Source: Ostreococcus lucimarinus | Taxonomy: Eukaryota | DNA: 64,000 nt | NCBI GenBank assembly: GCA_000092065.1 | Contig: CP000593.1 | Reading direction: 5' to 3' (one strand) | Part shown: positions 1 to 9,840 of the stretch, in pieces | Layout: each line of letters opens with the position of its first letter | Position numbering within the stretch: position 1 is the first letter of the stretch | Made by a program: the position numbers and the translations under genes | The notes under the pieces: generated by a model | Databases searched by the model: none | What the model was told of the DNA's origin: nothing | What the model saw: the letters and a program-made list of their open reading frames with translations, nothing else

Positions 1-1571
1 AGGGTGTGGCCCGTGAGCGTGGTGAGCTTGGACATACTCGGATAACGCCAGACGACGATTTGATTTTGGCTGTAGCCGTGCGTGCTGACGATCTCGTTCA
101 CGTTCTTGCTCCAAACCAAGTTGCACACCTGCGAACCGGTGTCGACGCACTGCAACGGCGTGTTGGTGACGGTGTTCCAAAACCGAATGCATCGGTCGGC
201 GGTACCGCCGCCGCTGGCGAGTAAGCCGTGTTGATGTGGAGACCACGCGATGGCCTTGACCGCGGCGGTGTGCTCGCTGCATCGCAAGATTGGTGACGTC
301 GAGTGCGAATTCCACACGAAGAGTTGATTGTCGTTGCCGCCGCTCGCGAGCTGTTGGTCGTCGTAAGACCACTTCAATCCGCACACCTCGCTCTTATGCC
401 CGAGAAGCTTGCTAGAGTAATCGCTCGGTGATCGAATGTCGCGATTCAAGATGGCGCGATCGCGACTCCCGCTCGAGAGCGTGTGCGAGTTCCACGCCAA
501 CGTCCCGGCGCGACTGCGGTGCCCGAGCATCGCTCGCGTCTTTTTGCACTTGGCCACGTCCCATATCTGCACCTCGCCGCTGTTCGTGCCGACGCCCAAA
601 TACGTCCCACGCTGCGTCCACGCCACAGAGGCGACGGAATCGTTAGGAGCGAGCTCACACAGCTTGGTCACCTTGCTAGTGCACGCGCTCCACAGGTAGA
701 CGCACGTTCCCAAACCGACGGCTAACACGTTGCTCGAACTCCAATCGACGAGGTTGAGGTAGAAATCGTCCTGCAACGCCGGCGCGTCGAGTACTTTGAA
801 CGGACTACGCGCGATCTTTCGCGGCGCGCGGCGGCGCGGCGATAAAAGCGTCATGCCGAGCGGTCCGTCGCCGTCGCCGACTGGATTCAACGCGTACGGC
901 GATTCGCCTCGAGCGATCGTCCCGAACGAGCCATCGTCGCGAAATTTGAACAAGTTCCTTCCGGGAGTGGAGTACGAGTACGACGATCCATCGATCGGCG
1001 TCGCCGGCGTCCGCGGTCGGTACCTCGCCGCGCTCGGCGTCGCCGGCGGCGTCACGCCGTACGCCTCGGGCGGACACACGTCTCCGAGCAACTCGCTTCG
1101 CAACAACGCCCCGTACGCCGCGCTCGTATCCTCGCGCTCGTGCGCTCGCGCCGAACCACCATCACCCCTGTGCGCGCCCGCGCTATCAGCATCGCGATTC
1201 GCGTCCCCCTCCCGTCCCCGATCGGCGTCGCCGCGTCCGTCCCGACCGATTCGTCCGCCGCCGCCGCCGCTCGCGCCGCCGATCTCTTCACCCCTACCCC
1301 CTCCCGTCGCCCCGACCCCGACGCTCGCGCACGCCTCCAGCATACTAAAATCACCCCGAAATCCCGCGCTCGCGCTCCTCGACGGCACGTACCGATCGCT
1401 GTATCCCGCGTTCGCCCGTCCCGCGCTCGCGCCGCGTCCCGCGCTCGCCCGCCCCTCCCTCTCCGGCGTCCCCGGCGCGCTCCCATCGCGCGCGCCCGTC
1501 CCGCGTCGCGTCGAGTCCTCGAAAATCAATCGCCGCGCCACGTCCACGCCGCGATGCCCCCCGTTCGCCAT
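1..1571 (-). CDS. Cdc20/Cdh1 (Fizzy-family) APC/C co-activator; 3' end of CDS (C-terminus) lies beyond the window start
   Basis: The minus-strand frame is open from the window edge up to an ATG at 1569-1571, with an in-frame TAG further upstream near 1820. Translation gives MANGG..., a C-box DRYVPSR, then RKIARSPFKVLDAPALQDDFYLNLVDWSSSNVLAVGLGTCVYLW..., WD40 blades, and the Cdc20/Cdh1 hallmark AVKAIAWSPHQHGLLASGGGTADRCIRFWN ... THGYSQNQIVVWRYPSM. It is absent from the ORF track because no stop falls inside the window. Confidence 0.85.
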   Translation of the reverse strand, partial: MANGGHRGVDVARRLIFEDSTRRGTGARDGSAPGTPEREGRASAGRGASAGRANAGYSDRYVPSRSASAGFRGDFSMLEACASVGVGATGGGRGEEIGGASGGGGGRIGRDGRGDADRGREGDANRDADSAGAHRGDGGSARAHEREDTSAAYGALLRSELLGDVCPPEAYGVTPPATPSAARYRPRTPATPIDGSSYSYSTPGRNLFKFRDDGSFGTIARGESPYALNPVGDGDGPLGMTLLSPRRRAPRKIARSPFKVLDAPALQDDFYLNLVDWSSSNVLAVGLGTCVYLWSACTSKVTKLCELAPNDSVASVAWTQRGTYLGVGTNSGEVQIWDVAKCKKTRAMLGHRSRAGTLAWNSHTLSSGSRDRAILNRDIRSPSDYSSKLLGHKSEVCGLKWSYDDQQLASGGNDNQLFVWNSHSTSPILRCSEHTAAVKAIAWSPHQHGLLASGGGTADRCIRFWNTVTNTPLQCVDTGSQVCNLVWSKNVNEIVSTHGYSQNQIVVWRYPSMSKLTTLTGHT

Positions 1572-1856
1572 CCCGCGCGCGCCGTCGCCGCGAATCAGCG
1601 TCGTCGTCCCGGCGCTCCCGAGACGCAATTCCCGTCCGTTTTCTCGCGCGTGGGACGTCGGCGCGCGCGTTTTCGGTTCGCGTCTCGGCGTCTCGGCGTT
1701 AAAGCGCGCGTCCGCTCGCGATCGGCGCGGTCGAGCGGTCGTCGTCGCGCGCGACGCGCGTCGCGGTGCGTCGGTCGTCGCGCGGTCGCGTCGCGCGGTC
1801 GTCGTAATCCGTGTGTGACGCCTTCCGACGACAGTGATACTAAGTCACGACACGCA

Positions 1857-1971
1857 GACGACGCGCGCAAAGTCGTATTCACCGGGGCGAAACCGCGATC
1901 GCGACGCGTGCCGAATGTATACATAAACGCGAACGACGCGCGCAAAGTCGTATTCACCGGGGCGAAACCGC
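1857..1971. repeat. Two identical 40-bp direct repeats (gacgacgcgcgcaaagtcgtattcaccggggcgaaaccgc) about 35 bp apart, in the divergent promoter between the Cdc20-like and RRM genes
   Basis: Exact duplication seen at about 1857-1896 and 1932-1971. Confidence 0.8.
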
Positions 1972-2535
1972 CATGAACTTTCGACGCGCGACGTGACCTT
2001 TGGGCGCCACGCGCGCCCGGAGACGGCGCGCGCGCGTCGGCACGACGCGACGCTCGAGGACGCGGGAGACGCGCGATGTCGCCGCCGACGCCGCGCGACG
2101 TCGATCGCCCGTCCCCGCGCGCGCCCGCGCCGAGACGCGCGACGCGAGGCGACGACGACGCGGGAGACGACGGCGTCGCCGTCACGCGCGCGAATGCGAA
2201 AAATGAAAATGAAGCGAATGCGAATCGAACGGCGCGCGCGTCGACGACGCGCGAGGACGCGCGCGAGGCGAACGGGAACGATGGGAAAACCGCTCGAGAG
2301 CCGACGAGGGTGCGCGCGACGCGCGAACGGGCGATGCGATGGCGACGGGAGGGAAACATTCGGGAGATGGGCGATCTTTCAAACGGCTGGTGATTTTGAA
2401 AGATTTTTTAAACGCGAGGACGCGAAGACGCGAGGGCGATCGGGGCGCGGTGAAGGCGCGCGAGAGACTGACGAAGGCGCGAAACGTGGATTTTTAACGT
2501 CGCAGAGCGCGTCGTACGAGTCGAGCGAACGACCG

Positions 2536-4545
2536 ATGATGACGCCGTCGTACATGGAGTGGTATCGAGCGGCGATGGCGAACGGCGGCGTGGTGCCGGC
2601 GGCGGGGACGCCGTTGCAGGTGGTGTCTCAGCACGAGTTCGCGGTGCCGGTGGTGGTGCCGGTGAACTTAATGCCGGGTGGGGAGGGTATGTCACCGCCT
2701 GGGGTGGCGGATATGGGGTACGGGGGGTACGATCCGCACGCGATGGCGGCCGGTTCGTACGCGCCGGCGGGCGCGTACGGGGTGCCGCCGCCGATGATGA
2801 TGATGGGCGCGCCGGCGCCGCCGGGGGCGTACGGTGAGTACGCATACGCGGCGATGACGGCGGCGCAGCACGAGTATTACGCAGCCATGCATAACGCGCA
2901 TCATTACGACCACTACGGGTACGTGATGCCGCCTTACATGGGCGCGGGCTTTGTCCCTGGCGGTCGCGGATACGGCAGGCGATCGCCGGGAGGTCGCGGC
3001 GGTCGAGTGGGAGGTCGTGGCGGCCGAGGTCGCGGCGAGCAGTGGCGTAATGGTGTGCACGTGAACGGTGGTATCGTCGGTGGCCGCTTCTACGGCGCCA
3101 GTGGACGATATTTCGGCGATGGACGTGCGAACGAAAAGGCGGTGCCGTACACCGTCTTCGTCAAGGATGTGCCGGCGAGCGTGAGCGAACGCGAATTAGC
3201 GGATGTTTTCGCCTCGTGCGGCCGCATCATAGACTGTCGCATGTGCGGTGATGCGAACACACACAAGTTTAGCTACGCCTTTGTGGCGTTTGAGTGCGCC
3301 GAGGCGGTGGATCGGGCGTTATTGTTGGACAAGACGCCGCTCCACGGGAAAAACATCATGGTGAAGAAGAGCGACACCGCGGTGATCCCAGTGAACCCGT
3401 TACTGCTACCGCAGAATGAACGAGAGGTTGAATCGTGCGCGAGGACAATTTACGTCGCAAACGTCGACAAGACCGTGGACTCGCACGCGTTGAAGTTACT
3501 TTTCGAGGACCGCGCCGGCCCCGTCAACCGCTTGCATTTGCAAGTGAAGAACAACGCCGTGGCGAATGTAGCCTTCGTAGAGTTCGTCGACCTCGAAAGC
3601 GTGGGAACCGCGCTGCATTTGACGGGTGAACAGCTTGGAAACCGCATGATTCGCGTGAGTGCGTCAAAGACGCCGCTCCGTTTGCATCGACGAACGAATC
3701 ACGGATCCGCGGCTTCGACTTCGGGCGACTCGTCTGCCGAATCGCAGCGCGCAACCATGCCACCGTTCCCTTACCCGTACTCGACGTCCACCCGGACCAT
3801 CGGTGATGAACCGACGACGCCGGAGTCGCCGCCGTGCAAAGTTTACGTGAGGAACATTCCGAAAACTTTATCTCCAGGGAGTCTCAGGGCGATGTTTTCC
3901 GAATGTGGACAAGTGAGACACGTCGAGTTGCTCACCAACCCAAAGAGTAAGTTTCCGTACGCTTTCATAGACTTTGAGGACAACGAAGCGGTAAAGCGCG
4001 CGTTGGATTTAGACGGCAAAGAAGTGGATGATTGCCAGCTCAAAGTTGAGATCTCGCACAGCAAAAAGCGCGCCCTGACACGGCCATTGGATCCAGTAGC
4101 GCAAGAAAAGGCGGATCGCACGGTTTACGTGACGGATATCGACCCTGAGATCGAACCGACGCTCGTGCGCGACAAGTTTGAGGAGGAATGCGGTGAGGTG
4201 GCGTTATTCTGGTACAAGGCGTTCGAAAAGGGCGAGAAGCAAGCCATCGCCTTCATCGAGTTCGCTGAACTGAGCTCTGTGGGTAAGGCGTTGAAGCTGT
4301 GTCGGACGCACTTTTTGTGTGACTCGCGCTTGGTCAAGGTTCGACACTCCGTCACAGCGTTGACACCCAAAGAAGGTCATCCCGGGACGTGCCACACTCC
4401 TGAATTAGACAGCCCCGCGAGCTCGAGCGGTGATGAAGGTCCGGATGATCGCGAGAGCGTCGTGCGTAATTTATCGTCTCCGCTCGACGCCGAAATCGTC
4501 GCGGCGAAGGTTGAGAAGTTAGGCATGAAGAACGCCGCGGCGTAG
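2536..4545 (+). CDS. RNA-binding protein with four RRM domains and a Gly/Tyr/Arg-rich (RGG) region; its RRMs resemble the CID / PABP-interacting type
   Basis: Four RNP-type domains (TVFVKDVP...FSYAFVAFE; RTIYVANVD...VAFVEF; KVYVRNIP...FPYAFIDFE; RTVYVTDID...IAFIEF) and an RGGRGGR stretch. RTVYVTDID...CRMCGD resembles plant CID8-13 RRMs. The ORF-track start at 1993 is GTG; the ATG chosen is at 2536 (MMTPSYMEW). Upstream in-frame ATGs at about 2197 and 2281 are possible alternatives. Confidence 0.75.
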   Translation: MMTPSYMEWYRAAMANGGVVPAAGTPLQVVSQHEFAVPVVVPVNLMPGGEGMSPPGVADMGYGGYDPHAMAAGSYAPAGAYGVPPPMMMMGAPAPPGAYGEYAYAAMTAAQHEYYAAMHNAHHYDHYGYVMPPYMGAGFVPGGRGYGRRSPGGRGGRVGGRGGRGRGEQWRNGVHVNGGIVGGRFYGASGRYFGDGRANEKAVPYTVFVKDVPASVSERELADVFASCGRIIDCRMCGDANTHKFSYAFVAFECAEAVDRALLLDKTPLHGKNIMVKKSDTAVIPVNPLLLPQNEREVESCARTIYVANVDKTVDSHALKLLFEDRAGPVNRLHLQVKNNAVANVAFVEFVDLESVGTALHLTGEQLGNRMIRVSASKTPLRLHRRTNHGSAASTSGDSSAESQRATMPPFPYPYSTSTRTIGDEPTTPESPPCKVYVRNIPKTLSPGSLRAMFSECGQVRHVELLTNPKSKFPYAFIDFEDNEAVKRALDLDGKEVDDCQLKVEISHSKKRALTRPLDPVAQEKADRTVYVTDIDPEIEPTLVRDKFEEECGEVALFWYKAFEKGEKQAIAFIEFAELSSVGKALKLCRTHFLCDSRLVKVRHSVTALTPKEGHPGTCHTPELDSPASSSGDEGPDDRESVVRNLSSPLDAEIVAAKVEKLGMKNAAA

Positions 4546-4601
4546 GGCACGACACCAGAGAATGTACATATAAACTAAGTGTGATATACTACTACAATAT
4601 T

Positions 4602-6011
4602 CTACTGCGCCTCGGCTATGCCGCGAACGATGCCGTTCGCGTGCGCCAAGCCGGTGACGATGACGCACGTGACGACTTCGTCGTCGTCTTCATCAATCCG
4701 CGGCGCTTGCGACGCCTCGACGCTCGCGCTCGCGAGTAAATACCCAGCCGGATGTGTCTCTAACGCGTGCACGTCGCACTCGTCCATTCCTTCGATCCAA
4801 ACCTCCAATTTCCGAGCCTTTGTCGTCGGGCGCTCGCCCTCCACCACGCGCGTCACTCGTGCGCGGCGCATGGAATCCTCAACGGCCACGGTTCCAGTAC
4901 GTCGAGCCGCATCGCCTAGAATCTCAAAGCAAGAACTACTCACGTAATGTCTCGCGCGCCCGAGTAAACACCCGAGCTCGGCGCCCACGAGGGATCCGCC
5001 ATTCGCTTCCGCGAGCGAGTCCATGAGCGCTAGCCAACGCGGCTCCCACAAGTTCAGCCTTCTCGTTTCGCCCCGTTTCAGCGGACGTTTCAGCGTGAAG
5101 CACGGCACCGCGCCAGCATCACTCGGGGTGAATGTTTGCATGCTCTTCTTCGTCGCCGACGGATCGGTGGAAAACCCAAATCGCACGCGGCGTACCCGCC
5201 CTCGAGCGATGCCCGAGCACACGTCGACGGCGTTCAACGCGTTGGCGCACAACACCTCGTCTCTTTCCATCCACAGCGTCTCCACGAGCGGGCAAAATAA
5301 TAAAAGCGCAAGGAACACGCCGACTGCGTCCACGAGACCGTTCTCCGCTCCGTTCGGCATCGCCAAGCTCGCCAACGTCGCCGCGACGAACGCCGCCGCC
5401 GGTCCCGCGAGCGGCGTCAGATTTCTCGGCTCGTCCATGAGAGCTCTCGCCACGTCCGCCGCGGCGAGCGCGCCATCGCTCGAAACACCCACGGATCCAC
5501 CATCCCACGCGTTTTTCACGTACGCCAACACCGTTTTCCACCGTTCGATCGCGAAAGGGTTCGTCCCGAACGCGCGAGCCGCCAACGCCTCGCCTATACC
5601 TCTCGCCCGCACGTCCCCGTACACCGTCAGCGCGTCCTCGCGCTCTGATTCGATGATACCGGTCAACAAATCGCTCCCGTATTCGGAATCGTCGATCACG
5701 CGCGCGCGTTCGACGAAGCTCGCGACGAGGGCGTCGGCGCGCTCTTGGTCGAGCTCGAGCACCACAGCCTGCGGTTTCGCGCGTCGTATGACCCGTCGAA
5801 CGTCTGCCGCCGCCGCCGCGCTCGCGTGGGAGGTACCGACGACGTAGAATTCGCACTGCGTCGCGCGGGAGGGTCGAGAGACGTCGAGTTTGAGGCTTTT
5901 TGAGACGAATCCCGTGCCGGGAGGGAGCCAGGTCGGGACGGCGGCGCCCGACGACGACGACGACGACGACGGGACGTCCGGGACGACGACGCGCACGCAC
6001 GCGGCGCGCAT
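4602..6011 (-). CDS. TraB-family protein with a C-terminal LON substrate-binding (LON-N, PUA-like) domain
   Basis: ATG at 6009-6011. TraB motifs are present (FYVVGTSHASAAAAADVRRVIRRAKPQAVVLELDQERADAL ... LWMERDEVL). The C-terminal 150 aa (PCFTLKRPLKRGETRRLNLWEPRWLALMD ... VTRVVEGERP) resemble the N-terminal domain of Lon protease. Confidence 0.6.
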   Translation of the reverse strand: MRAACVRVVVPDVPSSSSSSSGAAVPTWLPPGTGFVSKSLKLDVSRPSRATQCEFYVVGTSHASAAAAADVRRVIRRAKPQAVVLELDQERADALVASFVERARVIDDSEYGSDLLTGIIESEREDALTVYGDVRARGIGEALAARAFGTNPFAIERWKTVLAYVKNAWDGGSVGVSSDGALAAADVARALMDEPRNLTPLAGPAAAFVAATLASLAMPNGAENGLVDAVGVFLALLLFCPLVETLWMERDEVLCANALNAVDVCSGIARGRVRRVRFGFSTDPSATKKSMQTFTPSDAGAVPCFTLKRPLKRGETRRLNLWEPRWLALMDSLAEANGGSLVGAELGCLLGRARHYVSSSCFEILGDAARRTGTVAVEDSMRRARVTRVVEGERPTTKARKLEVWIEGMDECDVHALETHPAGYLLASASVEASQAPRIDEDDDEVVTCVIVTGLAHANGIVRGIAEAQ

Positions 6012-6176
6012 GGCGATCGACGCCGACGTCGGGCGCCTCGCGCGCGTCGCGACGTGAAGTTTGGGTCGGTTCTCTGTGTGTGACGTAGCAATTTGTCTAT
6101 TCTACCCGACGGGAGGGACGACGACGACGACGCGGGCGGCCTACCTCGCTTCACCGCGGCCGCGATCGCGCGGCTT

Positions 6177-9100
6177 TCACTTTTCCATCCTTGCCGCTCG
6201 TTTCTTTTTAGCCTTCTCTTCCTCTCGAGCGAGTTTCAACGACCTGGACGCGACGAAGCCTTCAAACGTCAAATCGCCCGTCTTCGCGATCGCCTCCTCG
6301 TCCGAATCGATGTCGTCGTCGGTGTCGTCTTGCGCGAGGATTTGCCTGCCATCGCGCCACTTTAACGTGGACTTTCGGTTGTCGATGCCGATGATCTTGG
6401 CCGTGACGTCGCGGCGAGTCTCGTCTTCTTCTTCTGACGAATATTCGGCCGTTTGCAAACGGTCGCCGGTGTCGGTGTCAAACAGCTCTCGACTTTGATC
6501 GTGGACGTTGCGAGCGACGAAAACATCGCTCCAAAATTGACGCCACACCGCATCGCCGGAGAGCGTACACGTGCGCTTATTGATGATGATCATCGCTTGC
6601 AAGATGAAACCGTATCGCTCGTCGATGGTGACGTTAATCTTCGGGGGCGTTCCTTTCCACTTTTTGACGTCGATGGGCTCGGTCCAGCCGTATTTCACCA
6701 CGCGACGGTTGTTCTCCTCCTTAAAAGCCGTCGACTCCACGTTGCGCGTCGCGATGAATCGCCGCCATCGCGACAAATGAATGGGTTTATTGAGTGTGAG
6801 CTTTTTCGTCTCCACGCTGCAATGCATGTAGGCCAAGTAGCGCATCAAATAAACAATTCCACCGCCCAACGCCGACCACGCGAGCATGTTCAAGATGAAC
6901 CAAACCGCGGGAACATTCACTATGTACGGCTGCACCGCTTCGACGGCCCATCGAATCTCGGTGAACGAAAGGTATTGCCCCGTGAATCGATCGAGAATGT
7001 CAAACGCGAGCGTCCCCGACAAAATCACTTGCGTCACCTCGAGCGTGGTGCTGTTGCGCGCCTGCGCTCGGAAAGCATCCTCTAAGTTTTTCGTCGTCCC
7101 TTCTATCGCCTCGTTGATGCGGAGCTTTCTTCGTGAGCCGATGACGGCGTTCATTTCTCGCAGAGACTCGAGATCGTTGACGCACGCCGCGATGACTTTT
7201 TCCAAGTCAACGGCGCGTCTTTGCAAGCGTTTCCACGACGGTTCCAACTGAAACAAGTCGTACAACACTTGCGACGCGCCGTCGCTCATATCCGCGCTCA
7301 ACTTTTCACGAGACGTGTCGACGTTTTCGAGCGACTCGAGCACGAACTGCTGAGTGGCGCTCAAGATCGTCACCGTCGTCGTGTGATCGGCGAGGCGCGA
7401 ACGAATGCGCGTTACGTTCGTCGGATCGATCTGATAGGTTTCAATCAACGCTCGCGTCTTCTTCAACTCGTCGTTCAGCGCGAAACAACTGCTGAAGACA
7501 CTTTTGATGAACAACGAGCGAGCTTGGAACGCTGAATATGTCGCGAGAAGCTTGTGATGACGTTCGGTGCGCGGACCAAAGACGACGACACCGCGTGAAC
7601 CAAAGACGATGACTTCTTGTTCGTTCAGGTCGTACGCGTAAAACGTCGCGCCGATGACTTGCTTGAGCTCGTTTTCGTTATCTTCACCATCCATGTACGC
7701 CGCGGCTTTCAGTTTTGGCGTCGCGCGCTCGGCGATGATGCACGTAAACTTGTCGCGATTGTCCGGCTCGCCCTTGTATGTGATGTTCAACATGGAGCGC
7801 TGACGCTCGGAAAATAAATTTCCCACCAGCGAGCTCGTGTCTTCGTGGACGTCGGAAAGTAAGCGCGCGAGTAAATCGACGCTGATATCGTTTCGAATTC
7901 GATCGGCGATGCCGTTGACGACGATGCCGTAAGTGATGGCGCCGTTTTCCCGAAAGTTGATGCCGAAAACCTCGATTTGCTGCTGCACCAAGTTACTCTT
8001 GGGCGCCCCGGTGGCGAGCAAGTCTGCCTCGACGTTTACGAATCGCGTTTCGTCGACGTCGAGGACTTTTAGCTCGGTTTTATTGTCGGCGTTGATCCCG
8101 ACCACCATGTTGAATTCGTCCTGCGTCGCGCTCGCTTCCGCGGTGAACATACCGCCCGCGACGCGGTCTCCCGTGCCGAGTTTTCTACAGAAAGAAACCA
8201 TTTCGTTCGATCCCATCGGCACGTATTCGGTGACGATGATTTTCACCGAGTCGAGCAAGATACTTTCACTCAGGCGCGGGTCGCGAATATCGCGACTACT
8301 TTGAACGGCGCCGCCGAGCACGCGTTTTGCCTTTTTGTGCCCGTTCAACGCGTTCGGTGTGAACGCATCGGAGCTCAGCATGTGCGGAGGGATGTACGGA
8401 GACGAGACGTACGGCACGTCTTCGACGTCCGTGATGGTGGAGCGGATGCGGACCCCGATCGAGGGGACGGTGAGGAAAAAATCCGAGGACTCGCGGTCGT
8501 ACCGCACCTCGAGGAGGTGACCAGCTTCGTGCACCAACGAATCTACCGACTGGCGCATCGCGCTCGTGAACCGTCCCGAGGCCGTCATCCTCTGCAAGAA
8601 TTCGCTCCCCTTCTTGGAAATCTTCAACAACGTCGAGTGATCGTACGTCTCGCTCGTCACCTTGAGCGCCGTGATGAAACCAAGCTCACGCAAATCGTCT
8701 AAATCGTCTCGTCCCTCTTCCGAGACGTTCAAATACCTCGGACACGCTCCAAATATCTTTTCTGATTTTGGCGCGTAATCGTAATCGAACACCGCGTTTC
8801 GCACGATGCCCTCGTACACGAGCACCAGGAGCGGCAGCTCGCGAATCCAGGGAGAACGTTTGTTGTTGTTGTTGTTGGAAACCGCAGACTTCGACTTCGA
8901 CTGTTTCTGAGACGCGTCGGTGTACAAACTCAGCATGTACAACAATTTCAACGCCTCGGGCGATTCCTCCATCTCCCGCTCGCGCGACTCGACTTCCCGC
9001 CGACGCCGAGTCGTGGACGAGGCGGAAGTGCTCGAGTCGGCGTCTGAAGCGCTCGAGTCCCGGGCGTCCCGGGCGTAGTGCGAAGAATCATCGTCATCAT

Positions 9101-9227
9101 CGTCATCGTCGACGCGAATCGTTGCGTCCGAATCCGAATCGTAGCCCTGCGGCGCCCCGCATTCCGCGCACGTCGCCGCGCCGCCGCGCACGACGGCCCG
9201 GCACGTCGCGCACCGCGTCGAATCCAT
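6177..9227 (-). CDS. Large hypothetical protein with an N-terminal C4 zinc ribbon (C-x2-C-x10-C-x2-C), an acidic tract and a C-terminal TM segment
   Basis: Continuous 1000-aa ORF; the first ATG is at 9225-9227 (MDSTRCATCRAVVRGGAATCAECG). The track start at 9236 is GTG. No confident family assignment. Confidence 0.5.
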   Translation of the reverse strand: MDSTRCATCRAVVRGGAATCAECGAPQGYDSDSDATIRVDDDDDDDDSSHYARDARDSSASDADSSTSASSTTRRRREVESREREMEESPEALKLLYMLSLYTDASQKQSKSKSAVSNNNNNKRSPWIRELPLLVLVYEGIVRNAVFDYDYAPKSEKIFGACPRYLNVSEEGRDDLDDLRELGFITALKVTSETYDHSTLLKISKKGSEFLQRMTASGRFTSAMRQSVDSLVHEAGHLLEVRYDRESSDFFLTVPSIGVRIRSTITDVEDVPYVSSPYIPPHMLSSDAFTPNALNGHKKAKRVLGGAVQSSRDIRDPRLSESILLDSVKIIVTEYVPMGSNEMVSFCRKLGTGDRVAGGMFTAEASATQDEFNMVVGINADNKTELKVLDVDETRFVNVEADLLATGAPKSNLVQQQIEVFGINFRENGAITYGIVVNGIADRIRNDISVDLLARLLSDVHEDTSSLVGNLFSERQRSMLNITYKGEPDNRDKFTCIIAERATPKLKAAAYMDGEDNENELKQVIGATFYAYDLNEQEVIVFGSRGVVVFGPRTERHHKLLATYSAFQARSLFIKSVFSSCFALNDELKKTRALIETYQIDPTNVTRIRSRLADHTTTVTILSATQQFVLESLENVDTSREKLSADMSDGASQVLYDLFQLEPSWKRLQRRAVDLEKVIAACVNDLESLREMNAVIGSRRKLRINEAIEGTTKNLEDAFRAQARNSTTLEVTQVILSGTLAFDILDRFTGQYLSFTEIRWAVEAVQPYIVNVPAVWFILNMLAWSALGGGIVYLMRYLAYMHCSVETKKLTLNKPIHLSRWRRFIATRNVESTAFKEENNRRVVKYGWTEPIDVKKWKGTPPKINVTIDERYGFILQAMIIINKRTCTLSGDAVWRQFWSDVFVARNVHDQSRELFDTDTGDRLQTAEYSSEEEDETRRDVTAKIIGIDNRKSTLKWRDGRQILAQDDTDDDIDSDEEAIAKTGDLTFEGFVASRSLKLAREEEKAKKKRAARMEK

Positions 9228-9483
9228 CGTATCCACCGATGGATTCGACCGCGGAGTGACGACGAACGAACGAACGCGCGAAAACCACCGACGTCCTCGC
9301 CCGAGCCCTCAACCTGTAACATTCGCGATCGCGGATCGACGGCGTCAAGCCGCGAAGATCTGTCGCAAACCCACCATCGAGCGACGTATAATACCAATTA
9401 TTCGTCCACCTCGCCGAGTTAAGCCTCGAAATAAAGAGCATGGGCAGTCGAATGTCCGCGATGTTGTGCGTATGCATAAACAG

Positions 9484-9597
9484 TCTTCCTTAACTCAGCT
9501 GGTAGAGTGTCAGACTGTTAGGAAAAAGTCTCCGTCGAATATGACGGCTGCTCCGATAGAGATCTGGAAGCCGCGGGATCGAAACCCGCAGGAAGAG
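9484..9597 (+). tRNA. tRNA-Asn(GTT)-like sequence with a 41-nt intron-like insert; more likely the SINE head than a functional tRNA gene
   Basis: Cloverleaf as described above. A functional gene is less likely because the downstream 130 bp are shared with the second copy, which lacks the 5' acceptor stem. Confidence 0.3.
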
Positions 9598-9725
9598 ATG
9601 TGTCGACATCAAACCTTACTTTTTCCCATACCCGATTGTCCGTGATGGAAAAGCGACACGACAACACTGTGACTTTCGTCGTTTCGGGGTGACGGATAGT
9701 ACTTTAAAAAATTTATCGCTATGAG
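9484..9725 (+). mobile_element. tRNA-Asn(GTT)-derived SINE-like element, full-length copy: tRNA-like head at 9484-9597 plus a roughly 130-bp tail
   Basis: The head folds as a tRNA: acceptor tcttcct/aggaaga, D-arm actc-agctggta-gagt, anticodon stem tcaga/tctgg with loop ctGTTa, T-arm gcggg-atcgaaa-cccgc, and a 41-nt insertion at the canonical intron site. Positions 9498-9725 are about 98% identical to 15433-15660, including roughly 130 bp beyond the tRNA-like part. Confidence 0.6.
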
Positions 9726-9840
9726 TAATAAAAATAAACTTTTTTTTTGAGTTGGGGCACCCCAACATGATAAAACCGCACATCGACGTTGATGTACCGC
9801 ATGTAAGATTTCTCCAGAACCAATCGTGTGAGTGAAGTGG

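Noticed and set aside
796-2359. Long ORFs 796..1818 (+), 1140..1976 (+) and 1595..2359 (-), rich in Arg/Ala/Pro/Ser
   Set aside because: They lie opposite or overlap the well-supported Cdc20-like CDS and its promoter, have low-complexity composition, lack ATG starts, and show the frame-independent openness expected in 70% GC DNA, where stop codons are rare.
5023-6154. Antisense ORFs 5023..5847 (+) and 5119..6000 (-) inside the TraB-LON gene
   Set aside because: Mirror-strand or alternative-frame GC artefacts with no motifs; the TraB frame carries the conserved domains.
9484-9597. Functional intron-containing tRNA-Asn gene
   Set aside because: The cloverleaf is good, but 130 bp downstream of the tRNA-like part is shared with a second locus that lacks the 5' acceptor stem, and the T-loop is non-canonical (ATCGAAA). 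Reported as a SINE head, with a low-confidence tRNA entry.
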